From NCBI GenBank assembly GCA_964425355.1, contig CAYRMO010000001.1, forward strand, positions 13,029 to 77,028: a DNA stretch of 64,000 bases. Direction: 5' to 3'. Positions 1 to 9,922 of this stretch are shown in pieces. This DNA comes from an uncultured Algimonas sp. GTDB lineage: Bacteria; Pseudomonadota; Alphaproteobacteria; Caulobacterales; Maricaulaceae. The stretch's first letter is position 1. Every line of letters starts with the position of its first letter. A model generated the notes under the pieces. It was not told the origin of the DNA and did no database searches. It was given only the letters and a program-made list of their open reading frames with translations. The translations under genes and the position numbers were made by a program.

Positions 1-401
1 TGGCGAGCGGCTCCAAAGTAAAATGTATATTTTTTCTCCGGTAATTTTTCAATTTTGAATAGACCACCAAAGAAGATTGCGGGGCCAATATAAGACATAT
101 CGGTTAAAGGAATTCGTAAGGCCGCATGTCCCGGGCTCAGTATAAGCCATGGCTTGAGATAGATATATTCGTCAGAGATATGAATTGTGAGACATGACCC
201 ATATTGGGCCGCCCGGAACATGAAGTTTTTTGATCTGATTGTCATGGATTGAAAGTTAAATTTTTTACCCTCCGGGACAGCATCAGATGCATAATGCGTT
301 GCCAGGGACGACCATCCACTTAAGGCAATGAGTTTACATGTCGAAATCCACAAAAAGGGGAAGAATATAAGACATAAGGTGAGCGAAATGATTGTGGACA
401 T
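1..401 (-). CDS. Hypothetical membrane-anchored protein, truncated at window edge
   Basis: Not in the ORF track. Hand translation from ATG at 401 gives MSTIISLTLCLIFFPFLWISTCKLIALSGWSSLATHY..., open to position 1; starts 3 bp after the hydrolase stop. Confidence 0.65.
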   Translation of the reverse strand, partial: MSTIISLTLCLIFFPFLWISTCKLIALSGWSSLATHYASDAVPEGKKFNFQSMTIRSKNFMFRAAQYGSCLTIHISDEYIYLKPWLILSPGHAALRIPLTDMSYIGPAIFFGGLFKIEKLPEKKYTFYFGAAR

Positions 402-404
402 AAT

Positions 405-1163
405 CTAGGCTTCATTTACCTGCTTGATCGCGATTTCGATCAATTTCAGATCTGTCGGCCGCGAGAGGCTGTGGTCACCGCCTTTGACGAGGGTGTAAGT
501 CACATCATCTGAGACAAGCTGATCCAAAAGACGTTTCGAATAGGTCCAAGGCACTACATTATCTTCATAGCCCTGTAATATTCGAATGGGACAGGTGAGG
601 GGAATAGGGTTGTCTAAGATTTGACGTTTCCGTCCATCCTCTATCAAGACTTTGGAATAGGCATAGGGCTCTTCATATCCCGAAGGTTCATAAACAACGC
701 CGTCATTTTCAAGGGCTTTGATTTGCGCTTCTGTCCAGCCAGCCACGGTCAATTTTTCAGTAAAGTCAGGCGCCGGGTTTATCAGCACCAGCCCTTTGAC
801 CTGATCTGGATTTTCAAGCGCGGCTAAGAGCGAGGCCCAACCTCCCATAGAAGACCCAATCAGGATAACGGGTCCGAGGGCTAGTCTTTCGCAGACGAGA
901 TTTACATCGGACGCCCAGCGCGACATTGTACCCTCAATAAAGTCGCCACTACTTTCGCCATGACCGAAATAATCAAAGCGGATAAAGGCCTGGGCAAGAT
1001 GTTTCGCCCAAGCATGGAGGTGCACGGCCTTTCCACCTTCCATATCGGATTTCAGGCCTCCACACCAAATAAACGTCGGGCCAAAGCCGTCGCTCATTTT
1101 ATAGGCAATTTTTTCACCGTCAGACGTGTCCAAAAAATTTAATGTGTCGAGATTATTATGCAT
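405..1163 (-). CDS. Alpha/beta hydrolase (ABHD10-like)
   Basis: GSSMGG nucleophile elbow, RFDYFGHGES, GGDHSLS; ATG at 1163 chosen to avoid overlapping the divergent gene. Confidence 0.85.
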   Translation of the reverse strand: MHNNLDTLNFLDTSDGEKIAYKMSDGFGPTFIWCGGLKSDMEGGKAVHLHAWAKHLAQAFIRFDYFGHGESSGDFIEGTMSRWASDVNLVCERLALGPVILIGSSMGGWASLLAALENPDQVKGLVLINPAPDFTEKLTVAGWTEAQIKALENDGVVYEPSGYEEPYAYSKVLIEDGRKRQILDNPIPLTCPIRILQGYEDNVVPWTYSKRLLDQLVSDDVTYTLVKGGDHSLSRPTDLKLIEIAIKQVNEA

Positions 1164-1193
1164 TATCCAAATCAATCGTTTAAGAACATCCCT

Positions 1194-2312
1194 ATGAATG
1201 TGCTCCAAATTTTACCAGAGCTCAATGCCGGAGGTGTTGAGCGCACAACGGTTGAAATGGTCGAAGCTTTGACTGGGGCTGGCCATAGCGCCCATGTTCT
1301 CTCGGCTGGGGGACGTATGGTCTCTGATATCGAGGCTTTGGGCGGGGTGCATCACACGGCAAATATCGGGTCCAAAAATATTCTAACCGTGCCGTGGCGT
1401 ATTGCAGGTATCAGGCGGTTGATTGCAAAGCATAATATTGATCTTGTTCATGCGCGTAGTCGTGCACCCGCTTGGCCTGCCATGTTTGCAGCGCGTGCGG
1501 AAAAAATCCCTTTTGTGACGACCTATCACGGCATTTACAAAGCGAGCGGTCCGCTCAAGCGCCTTTATAATTCCGTTATGGCGCGCGGTGATGCGGTGAT
1601 TGCCAACTCAAATTTCACCCGCGAATATTTGATGAGACAACACGGCACAAATGATGACAGGATTACTGTTATTCCGCGCGGCGTGGATATGGCGCAGTTT
1701 GATCCAGACAAAATAGACAGTAAAAGCGTCAAGGCTATTCGAGAAAGTTGGGGCGTTGGCAAAGGCGATATTGCCCTCGTACTCCCAGGGCGGCTGACAC
1801 GGTGGAAAGGGCAGATGATCGCCATTGAAGCCATGGCGCACTTACCCAGAAATTATCATTTGGTTTTGATTGGAGATGCCCAAGGGAGAGACGCCTATGT
1901 GAATGAGCTTAGATCAGCTGTCGATCTCTACCGCCCCGGTCTTGATGGTATTATTTTTGCCGAGCACACAAAGAACATTGCCGCCGTTTTAAAGGCTTCC
2001 GATATTGTTCTGGTGCCGTCGACAGAACCCGAGGCTTTTGGTCGTGTTGCCATTGAAGCACAAGCCATGAACCGTCCGGTCATGGCATCTGATCATGGGG
2101 GAGCTGTTGAAACGGTCCTCGAAGGGGTCACAGGGTGGCGCTTCACGCCAGGCGATGCGAAAGCCCTTGCCCGGGTTATTCTCAAGGCAGACGCATTGAC
2201 GGGGGTGAAGACGGCAAGAGATCGTATTGCAACGGGTTTTTCCAAGTCAAACCTGCAAGAGGCGACGCTTAAACGTTACGAAAACTGTTTGAAGTCATCA
2301 GGGAAAGCGTGA
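1194..2312 (+). CDS. Glycosyltransferase family 4
   Basis: GGVER, HARSRAPAW, EAFGRVAIEAQA (EX7E) motifs; start at MNVLQ. Confidence 0.9.
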   Translation: MNVLQILPELNAGGVERTTVEMVEALTGAGHSAHVLSAGGRMVSDIEALGGVHHTANIGSKNILTVPWRIAGIRRLIAKHNIDLVHARSRAPAWPAMFAARAEKIPFVTTYHGIYKASGPLKRLYNSVMARGDAVIANSNFTREYLMRQHGTNDDRITVIPRGVDMAQFDPDKIDSKSVKAIRESWGVGKGDIALVLPGRLTRWKGQMIAIEAMAHLPRNYHLVLIGDAQGRDAYVNELRSAVDLYRPGLDGIIFAEHTKNIAAVLKASDIVLVPSTEPEAFGRVAIEAQAMNRPVMASDHGGAVETVLEGVTGWRFTPGDAKALARVILKADALTGVKTARDRIATGFSKSNLQEATLKRYENCLKSSGKA

Positions 2313-2382
2313 GAAACCCTTGTATAACTGTGACAAAACATCCATATACCGCCCCTGATTGTAGCAATTATGGAGTATAACA

Positions 2383-2925
2383 ATCGCTAGAAGACCCCTT
2401 TCGGCCCAACCTGCCAAAAATCCCAAAGGACCACGCATAAATCGTGACATTACCGCCGATAATGTCCTGCTGATCCTTGCCGACGGAGAAAAACGGGGCG
2501 TTGTGCCCTTAAATGAAGCTTTATCATCCGCAAATGCCGCTGGACTCGATTTGGTCGAGGTTGCCCCCGGACAGACGCCTGTATGTAAGGTTCTGGATTA
2601 CGGAAAAATGCGCTTTGAAAACCAGAAGAAAAAAGCGGCAAATCGTAAGAATCAGCGGACTCAATCCCTCAAAGAAATAAAAATGCGACCCAATATTGAT
2701 ACGCATGATTATGAAGTGAAAACGAAAGCTATGCGTAAGTTTTTTGATCGCGGTGACAAAGTCAAAGTGACAGTACGCTTCCGAGGTCGCGAAATGGCGC
2801 ATATGGATCGCGGTATGGATCTGCTTCAGCGCGTCAAAGAAGATTTTGAAGAAGATGTAAAAGTCGAATTTGAACCTAAGACCGAAGGTCGGATGATGAC
2901 GATGGTATTGGCGCCTAAGAATTAG
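2383..2925 (+). CDS. infC: Translation initiation factor IF-3 (ATC start codon)
   Basis: GLDLVEV, PVCKVLDYGK, KEIKMRPNIDTHD, RFRGRE; frame extends upstream to ATC at 2383 with GGAG at 2372-2375. Confidence 0.95.
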   Translation: MARRPLSAQPAKNPKGPRINRDITADNVLLILADGEKRGVVPLNEALSSANAAGLDLVEVAPGQTPVCKVLDYGKMRFENQKKKAANRKNQRTQSLKEIKMRPNIDTHDYEVKTKAMRKFFDRGDKVKVTVRFRGREMAHMDRGMDLLQRVKEDFEEDVKVEFEPKTEGRMMTMVLAPKN

Positions 2926-2948
2926 GGTCCGGCGCTCTAGGGTCGCTT

Positions 2949-3416
2949 TTATAACGACAATCCCATAAATCGACTATCCATAGGATTGTCGTAATATTTT
3001 TCGATATCTCGAAACCCCAGCTTTTCATAAATTGCATTGGCGTGGATTAAGCCGTGATCCGTGTCGAGATAGATCGTTTCATAACCGATCTCTTTGGCTG
3101 TTTTTAGAGAGGCTTGGCATAGTTTTAAACCAAGCCCAAAACCGCGCCCGTCTTTGCGACAATAGAGACGTTTTAACTCGCAAATATTGTCTTTGAAGGG
3201 CTTTATCCCACATGCGGCCATAGGTGATCCGTCAATTTTTGCGAGAAAAAGCGCGTCATAGGATTGTGGAAAGTCTAAAAATTCCTTTTCAGTGCCTTGA
3301 AAGGAAAGGCTCTGGCCGAGGTAATTTTCAACAAAATTTAGATATTCGACAAATATGACTTTGACGGCGGATATATCCTCCGGTCTATTGACGCGTAAGA
3401 TTTCAATATCAGGCAT
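2949..3416 (-). CDS. GNAT family N-acetyltransferase
   Basis: CELKRLY, GRGFGLG acetyl-CoA motif, YEKLGF; start overlaps podJ stop. Confidence 0.85.
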   Translation of the reverse strand: MPDIEILRVNRPEDISAVKVIFVEYLNFVENYLGQSLSFQGTEKEFLDFPQSYDALFLAKIDGSPMAACGIKPFKDNICELKRLYCRKDGRGFGLGLKLCQASLKTAKEIGYETIYLDTDHGLIHANAIYEKLGFRDIEKYYDNPMDSRFMGLSL

Positions 3417-6106
3417 TATACGCCAGCAGCAATTTCCAGTCTTTGGATTAATTCATCCGATATTTCGCCGGTCTCAGGCATGCCATTTATTTTCTGGAAT
3501 TCGCGAATAGCATTTTCGGTTTTAGGTCCAGTGGTGCCGTCTATGCCGCCAATATCAAACCCAAGATCAGATAATAATGATTGGGTGGTTTTAACACGTT
3601 GGACACGCGTCCCCTGACTATTATTTGCAATTGTGGTCGACTGCTTTACCCAAGGCACGTCTCGGAAAAGTCCATTTGCCGCTTCATCAACGGGTTTAGG
3701 ATTAAAGCGAGCCGCGTCAGATTCAATTTTGGCGCGTAAAGCCTCATCCAATTGAGGCCCGATCGCCGCAATCCGAGCCGGAGCCCCTTGATCACCTTGT
3801 CGAGCCGCAACATTATACCAAAAATAGGCAACTGAAAGGTCTCGCACGACACCCTCTCCGGACTCGCGCAGGAAGGCGACGTTAAATTGACTGTCCACAA
3901 CACCGTGTTCTGCAGCTTTGGTAAACCAATCTAACGCTTGTTCTGGGTTGGCCTCTAATCCGCCATCCCCATTATAGTGAAAGTTTCCAAGATCATGCAT
4001 AGCGATACGGTTTCCACCAATAGCCGCACGCTCTATTAATTCACGAGCGGTGATATCATCTTTGGTCACACCTGTTCCCGTTTCATAGAGCTTAGCGAGC
4101 CGGTATTGCGCAGCAGGTTGGTTGCGATTTGCTGCAAGTCTTATCAGGCGGGCGGCTTCCTGTGGTTCGCCATTTTGCAACTTTGTCAGACCCATTTGGA
4201 ATTGCGCAATTGGGTTTCCGGCTTTGACAGCTTCTAGAAGTGATGCTTGTTGCGGATCTAAATTTTCAGACCGTGTGAGTTCAATAATCTCGTTTACAGG
4301 CTGTTGTGTCTGATTGGCTCCTTCCGTTGACGCCGCTTGGATGATCCTTGATGGATCATATTGGCCGTTGCCGACTTGACCTGGCACTTGCTGTTGTACT
4401 GCAGGACTTTGGGTATTGGATGCTATCGGTTCAAATTTTGCCTCGGGGCCACCACCCATTAAGGACTTTGCTGTGATAACGCCTGCCACGGCAACGCCAG
4501 CCGCGAGGGCCCCTAAACGTAAATTGCGACCTGATATCGGAAGCGATTTTCTTGGTTTTTTCTTCTTTTTAACGGAATCACTCGCAATTCGTTCTGCGCG
4601 CATGTCGTCGTCCTCCGCATAGGCTGGATTGCCATATGTCTCAAGCGGTTGTGGCGCACTCATGATCTCATCGACAATCTGCATAGACGGGGCTAGCCCG
4701 CCGGAACTGCCCATCGGTGGAAGTTCTGGTGCTAATTGTTGCGGCATTTGAGGGGGGAGTTGAGGCGGCATTTGCGGAGGTAGGCCGGACGGAAGATCTG
4801 GAATAGGCGGTAATTCGGCGGTCAGTGAATTCGATAAAGGCGCCTGGTGACCTTGACCATGATCTGAAACTATAGGCGCGGTAGGAGCTTGAAAGCTTGT
4901 TGGGTCAAACTCAACGGGAATATGTGTCGGTGAAGGTTCCGCTTCTTTTTTCGACGTCTTTTTTTGTTTTGGAGCTGGCGTTTCAGCTATTGGAGGCGTA
5001 TTGGCGGCCACAGCATAAGGATTGTCATCCCTTAAGGTCGGGAGTGGTGGTGGAGCGCTCATCTCCGCTACGGGTTGGTTCGATATTTGCTGCGCCATAG
5101 GCACAACATTTGTTTGAGCCATCGCTGGCGACGGGGCTAAGGTTCCAAGGGGGCTGGATTGCTGCGCATTTTCAGACTGGAGTGTTGCCAAGCGGGCATG
5201 CAGACGCGAAATTTCATCTTGTAAACGACCGAGTGTATCATTCATGTGATCGATCCGAGGATCGTCGATATTGGCCGGAATAAGGTGCGGCGCAGGCTCA
5301 GATGGAATAGAGGCTGGTGTCCAGGCGGCTGCGATTGTTTCAAGCGCTTCAAGTCGCGTTGTCATGTCAATTTGACTGGATTTGAAGTTTGATTGTGTTT
5401 CTTTAGCAAGGTCGGCTAGGCGTTCCGCTGTTTCTATGTCAGATTGTTGTGACCTTTCACCCAAAACAGCTGCGAATTCGGCAACTTTATCGCCAATTTG
5501 GTTTAACGCGATTGCAGTTTCGTCCTCGACTATGTCGATACGTTTGCCGAGCTTGACTTCGGTATCGACCAATCGTTGTGTGACATCAGCCATATCGGTC
5601 TTGCGAGCCAAGGATTCTTCTGAAAATCTTGCGTCTACGGCTGTCGCGAGTCCGGAAATGTGTCGGTTTAATTTGGCGATAATTGTGTTTTGAGCGGTCT
5701 CAAAACCATCTAGTCTGGAATGCGCAGAGTCTAGCGTAGTTTGTAACGTTTCGGGTGTGACGTCGGATTGTGAGACTTTGGCCAGATCTTTTTTAAGCGA
5801 TTGTCTTACCTTTTTTACGGCAAACTGAAAATCTGATTGAAGCTTCTGCTCAAGCTGGTCTAGCCCTTTTTTTAACGCGTTTTGATCTTTGCGGGATGTC
5901 CAACCGGATGACTTGGCGAGTTTGGCTAAACGTGTTTCAAAATCTTTCAGAGCAGAGTTTTGCGTTCCACTAAGTTTTGCTAGTCGGCGCTCTAGCTTTT
6001 TAAAGTCCGTTGCCAATCCAGCCACAGAAGGACGTTTTACAACCGCTTTTTTTGCCGGCTTTGCAGCGGCTTTGGGCGTCTTGGATGTGGTGGCCTTTTT
6101 CGACAT
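3416..6106 (-). CDS. podJ: Polar localization factor PodJ-like protein
   Basis: N-terminal coiled coils, Pro-rich linker, one TM, Sel1 repeats (AQFQMG, AQYRLA, AMHDLG, SQFNVA), C-terminal PG-binding domain (IDGTTGPKTENAIREFQ). Confidence 0.8.
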   Translation of the reverse strand: MSKKATTSKTPKAAAKPAKKAVVKRPSVAGLATDFKKLERRLAKLSGTQNSALKDFETRLAKLAKSSGWTSRKDQNALKKGLDQLEQKLQSDFQFAVKKVRQSLKKDLAKVSQSDVTPETLQTTLDSAHSRLDGFETAQNTIIAKLNRHISGLATAVDARFSEESLARKTDMADVTQRLVDTEVKLGKRIDIVEDETAIALNQIGDKVAEFAAVLGERSQQSDIETAERLADLAKETQSNFKSSQIDMTTRLEALETIAAAWTPASIPSEPAPHLIPANIDDPRIDHMNDTLGRLQDEISRLHARLATLQSENAQQSSPLGTLAPSPAMAQTNVVPMAQQISNQPVAEMSAPPPLPTLRDDNPYAVAANTPPIAETPAPKQKKTSKKEAEPSPTHIPVEFDPTSFQAPTAPIVSDHGQGHQAPLSNSLTAELPPIPDLPSGLPPQMPPQLPPQMPQQLAPELPPMGSSGGLAPSMQIVDEIMSAPQPLETYGNPAYAEDDDMRAERIASDSVKKKKKPRKSLPISGRNLRLGALAAGVAVAGVITAKSLMGGGPEAKFEPIASNTQSPAVQQQVPGQVGNGQYDPSRIIQAASTEGANQTQQPVNEIIELTRSENLDPQQASLLEAVKAGNPIAQFQMGLTKLQNGEPQEAARLIRLAANRNQPAAQYRLAKLYETGTGVTKDDITARELIERAAIGGNRIAMHDLGNFHYNGDGGLEANPEQALDWFTKAAEHGVVDSQFNVAFLRESGEGVVRDLSVAYFWYNVAARQGDQGAPARIAAIGPQLDEALRAKIESDAARFNPKPVDEAANGLFRDVPWVKQSTTIANNSQGTRVQRVKTTQSLLSDLGFDIGGIDGTTGPKTENAIREFQKINGMPETGEISDELIQRLEIAAGV

Positions 6107-6185
6107 ATGCCAGGCTTCCCTCGAGGTTATGCGAATCGCTCATAAAATTTCAGACGAAACTCGACCCCATAAAGCCCCGCACATG

Positions 6186-6201
6186 GTTAATGTGGCGTTA
6201 A
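6186..6201 (-). promoter_or_regulatory. CtrA box upstream of podJ
   Basis: Minus strand TTAA-CGCCACA-TTAAC matches TTAA-N7-TTAAC. Confidence 0.7.
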
Positions 6202-6259
6202 ATCGTTAACATTTTAATGACCTAAAGCTGTAAAGAATTTGAAACACTATCATAGCTTT

Positions 6260-6285
6260 TAACGTTGACGTTAACGTCAACGTTA
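6260..6285. promoter_or_regulatory. LiuR-type operator palindrome
   Basis: Perfect 26-bp palindrome TAACGTTGACGTTAACGTCAACGTTA with ACGT-N2-ACGT core, just before the MerR gene. Confidence 0.75.
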
Positions 6286-6299
6286 GCTAACAGGCCTTT

Positions 6300-6806
6300 A
6301 TGTCAACGGTTTTAAGTCAGAAATGGGGTATTAGAGCGTTCGCCGATATGTTCGGCGTGACGCCTCGTACGATCCGTTTTTATGAAGACAAAGGTCTACT
6401 TTCGCCAAAACGGGAAGGCGGAATTCGTGTCTTTTCAATAAGAGAGAAAACCCGTTTTGAAAAGATCATGCGGGGGAAACGTCTGGGATTTTCCCTTGAT
6501 GATATTCGAGCTGTTTTCGATGTAACCGATGGACTTATTAAAGACCGTAGCGAGTTGCTCCGCCGCAAAGAAAATTTTGAAAATGTGCTTGCCAGTCTCG
6601 CAAAACGTCGCGAAGACCTTCGAATACTCTCAAAAGATATGCATGATGTGATTTCTGTCGCCAAGGACTATCTGGCCCAAGAGACGGATGATGAAATTGA
6701 CGTCACCGAATTAGCGGCGCGTTACCAAGCGGCCTTTAATGAGACGATGACAACAAATCCAATTGATTTTATGTCCGGTGGTCCGGACGAAAAACCCCAA
6801 ACTTAA
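6300..6806 (+). CDS. MerR family regulator (LiuR-like)
   Basis: GVTPRTIRFYEDKGLLSP, RGKRLGFSL; precedes acyl-CoA dehydrogenases. Confidence 0.85.
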   Translation: MSTVLSQKWGIRAFADMFGVTPRTIRFYEDKGLLSPKREGGIRVFSIREKTRFEKIMRGKRLGFSLDDIRAVFDVTDGLIKDRSELLRRKENFENVLASLAKRREDLRILSKDMHDVISVAKDYLAQETDDEIDVTELAARYQAAFNETMTTNPIDFMSGGPDEKPQT

Positions 6807-6829
6807 GTTACGTTCAAAGGAGATTTCCT

Positions 6830-8620
6830 ATGCCCAGCTATAATGCCCCCATCCGCGATATGCAGTTTCTACTCAATGAGGTCCTCGGATTTGAAGATCT
6901 CTTAAAATATGAGGCTTATTCTGAAATCGATACAGACCTTGCCAATGCCGTTCTGGAACAAGGCGCAAAATTTGCAGAAGAAGTCCTCGCTCCGTTAAAC
7001 ATTGTTGGGGATCACGAAGGCTGTAAGCGTCACGACGATGGATCGGTAACGACCCCAACCGGATTTAAAGCAGCCTATAAGCAAATGGTCGAAAATGGCT
7101 GGTCATCGCTATCGATGGATCCAGAGTTTGGGGGGCAAGGTATGCCGCGCATGCTCGGTGTTGCGGCCAGTGAAATGTGGACGTCAGCGAATATGGCCTT
7201 TGCCATGTATCCGGGCCTGACCGGCGGCGCGATCAAAGCGATCCAAGTCGGTGGAAGTCCTGAGCAAAAGCAAACTTTCCTCCCTAAAATGATATCGGGC
7301 GAGTGGTCAGGCACAATGAACCTGACAGAGCCGCATTGTGGCACCGATTTGGGCATGCTGAAAACCAAGGCTGTCCCGCAAGCCGATGGGAGTTATAAAA
7401 TTTCAGGGCAGAAAATTTTCATCTCGGCCGGCGAGCATGATATGACGGACAATATCATCCATTTGGTCCTAGCGCGTATTGAAGGTGCGCCAGCTGGAAC
7501 CAAGGGTATTTCCCTCTTTATTGTACCAAAATTCAAATTGGACGGTGATGAAAACCCAAGCGAGCGCAATCCGGTGAGCTGCGGGTCTATCGAAGAAAAA
7601 ATGGGGATTCACGGAAACTCCACTTGCGTTATGAATTTTGACGAAGCCGAGGGCTATTTGATCGGTGAAGAAAATAAAGGCTTGCGTGTCATGTTTGTCA
7701 TGATGAATGAGGCGCGTATCGGTGTTGGTCTGCAAGGTTTGGGTCAATCCGAAGTTGCATATCAGAATGCAGCGATTTACGCCAAAGACCGTATCCAGGG
7801 TCGGGCGCTAACAGGTCCACAAAATGCGGATAAACCAGCCGATCCGATTATTGTCCATCCGGATGTCCGGCGTATGTTGATGGAAACCCGCGCCTTTAAT
7901 GAGGCTGGTCGTGCTCTTTTATATTGGGCGGCCAAGCATGAAGATATTGAAATACATGATGAGGACGAGAAACTCGTCGAAAAATGTGATGACTATCTGG
8001 GCCTCTTAACGCCAGTTGTTAAAGGCTATCTGACGGATATGTCGATGAAAACGACAATTGATTGCCAGCAAATCTTTGGCGGACACGGTTTCGTCGAAGA
8101 ATGGGGCATGAGCCAATTCGTTCGCGATAACCGGATTGCCCTAATCTATGAAGGGGCCAATGGGATTCAAGCCCTTGATCTTGTGGGTCGTAAATTGGGC
8201 CGCAATGGCGGCCGCGCTTTGATGGCACTTAATCAGGAAATTTCCGCATTCTTGTCTGACAACAAAGACAATGAAGCCTTACCAGAATTCATAGACGCCC
8301 TATCGGGTGCTCAGAAAAAGCTAACTGAAGCCACCATGTGGTTGATGCAAAATGGTATGTCTAATCCGAATAATGCGGGTGCTGGTTCTGTAGATTATAT
8401 GCATATGATGGGGCTGTCGGTTTTTGCGTATTTGTGGGCGAAAATGGCGCTTGTTGCGCAAGCCAAAATTGACGAAGGATCAAATGATCAATTCTACCCA
8501 AATAAGATCATTACAGGTCGTTATTTTGTGTTGCGTATGCTACCAATGCTTGACAGCCATTTGGCGAAAATCAAGACAGGTGCTGACCCGGTCATGGCGC
8601 TAGATGCTGCAGCGTTTTAA
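6830..8620 (+). CDS. Acyl-CoA dehydrogenase (long, DmdC/FadE5-like)
   Basis: GTMNLTEPHCGTDLG, KIFISAGEHD, IYEGANGIQALDL. Confidence 0.92.
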   Translation: MPSYNAPIRDMQFLLNEVLGFEDLLKYEAYSEIDTDLANAVLEQGAKFAEEVLAPLNIVGDHEGCKRHDDGSVTTPTGFKAAYKQMVENGWSSLSMDPEFGGQGMPRMLGVAASEMWTSANMAFAMYPGLTGGAIKAIQVGGSPEQKQTFLPKMISGEWSGTMNLTEPHCGTDLGMLKTKAVPQADGSYKISGQKIFISAGEHDMTDNIIHLVLARIEGAPAGTKGISLFIVPKFKLDGDENPSERNPVSCGSIEEKMGIHGNSTCVMNFDEAEGYLIGEENKGLRVMFVMMNEARIGVGLQGLGQSEVAYQNAAIYAKDRIQGRALTGPQNADKPADPIIVHPDVRRMLMETRAFNEAGRALLYWAAKHEDIEIHDEDEKLVEKCDDYLGLLTPVVKGYLTDMSMKTTIDCQQIFGGHGFVEEWGMSQFVRDNRIALIYEGANGIQALDLVGRKLGRNGGRALMALNQEISAFLSDNKDNEALPEFIDALSGAQKKLTEATMWLMQNGMSNPNNAGAGSVDYMHMMGLSVFAYLWAKMALVAQAKIDEGSNDQFYPNKIITGRYFVLRMLPMLDSHLAKIKTGADPVMALDAAAF

Positions 8621-8633
8621 CCCGTTTAAATGC

Positions 8634-8674
8634 GACAGTCAGATAATTATGCCGCGGCAATTTATCTGACTGTC
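8634..8674. other. Intergenic inverted repeat (13-bp arms)
   Basis: GACAGTCAGATAA ... TTATCTGACTGTC with inner TGCC/GGCA; no U-tract. Confidence 0.6.
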
Positions 8675-8722
8675 CAATCTACAATAATAACAATAATATA
8701 TATTCCTCAAGGGGAGAGCTAA

Positions 8723-9886
8723 ATGTCTACCAATGTCCTTAATTTTAAAAATCCAGATTGGTATGAGGAAGAAGACATAAATATGTTCCGCGATGCGGTT
8801 CATAAATTCTATGCCAATGAAATGGCGCCTCACGGAGAGAAATTTCGCAAAAATAAAAAAGTCGACCGTAAGTTCTGGAATATGGCGGGCGAATATGGCT
8901 TATTGAATTGCGCAATTCCTGAGGAATATGGCGGCGGTGGCGGAGATTATCGGCATGAGATGATCATCCAAGAAGAACTCATAAAAGCCAATGTCGATGG
9001 CTTTGGATTGTCACTTCATAACGCCATTGTTGCGCCCTATATCCTGCATTACGGTACCGAAGAACAAAAACAAAAATGGCTACCTCGTATGGCTTCTGGT
9101 GAGCTTGTCGGGGCGATCGCCATGAGCGAACCCGGGACTGGATCTGATCTTCAAAATGTCAAAACCAATGCCAAAAAAGATGGAAATGGGTGGCTGATTA
9201 ATGGCTCCAAGACTTTCATTACAAATGGCGGAACGGCCAATCTGATTATTATCGTGGCCGATACGGGCGGGGATGGTAAATTTTCAAAGTCCCTCTTTGT
9301 TGTCGAAACCGATGATCTGGAAGGATTTCGCCGCGGACGTATCCTTGATAAAGTTGGACTAGATGCCCAGGATACGGCTGAGCTATTCTTTGATGATATG
9401 AAAGTGCCTGCTGATGCGCTTTTGGGGTCAGAGCCTGGACATGGCTTTATTCAATTAATGCAAGAACTTCCGCAAGAGCGGCTCAATATTGCTGTTTCAG
9501 GCGTAGCTGCGATGGAAGCGGCTCTCGAGATGACAATTGAATATGTCAAAGATCGGAAGGCTTTTGGAAAACCTATAATAGGGTTTCAGAATACGCAATT
9601 TGAGCTGGCGGAATGTAAAACCATTACAACCGTAGCCAAGACTTTTGTCTATGATTGTGCCGAAAAACATCTCCGGGGTGAGTTGGACACGGTAACGGCG
9701 TCTATGGCTAAATATTGGGTCACAGATAAGGAATGCGAAGTCATTGACCGCTGTTTGCAACTTCACGGCGGATATGGCTTTATGAATGAATACCGGATTG
9801 GACGAATGTATCGTGATAGTCGCGTACAGCGCATTTATGGCGGTACAAATGAAATCATGAAATTGGTTATCGCGCGCAGTCTCTAA
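8723..9886 (+). CDS. Acyl-CoA dehydrogenase (long-chain type)
   Basis: AMSEPGTGSDL, GSKTFITNG, LHGGYG, IYGGTNEIMK. Confidence 0.92.
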   Translation: MSTNVLNFKNPDWYEEEDINMFRDAVHKFYANEMAPHGEKFRKNKKVDRKFWNMAGEYGLLNCAIPEEYGGGGGDYRHEMIIQEELIKANVDGFGLSLHNAIVAPYILHYGTEEQKQKWLPRMASGELVGAIAMSEPGTGSDLQNVKTNAKKDGNGWLINGSKTFITNGGTANLIIIVADTGGDGKFSKSLFVVETDDLEGFRRGRILDKVGLDAQDTAELFFDDMKVPADALLGSEPGHGFIQLMQELPQERLNIAVSGVAAMEAALEMTIEYVKDRKAFGKPIIGFQNTQFELAECKTITTVAKTFVYDCAEKHLRGELDTVTASMAKYWVTDKECEVIDRCLQLHGGYGFMNEYRIGRMYRDSRVQRIYGGTNEIMKLVIARSL

Positions 9887-9922
9887 ATCGTTTTCGTCGA
9901 AACTCTATGAGGTGTTCAAATC

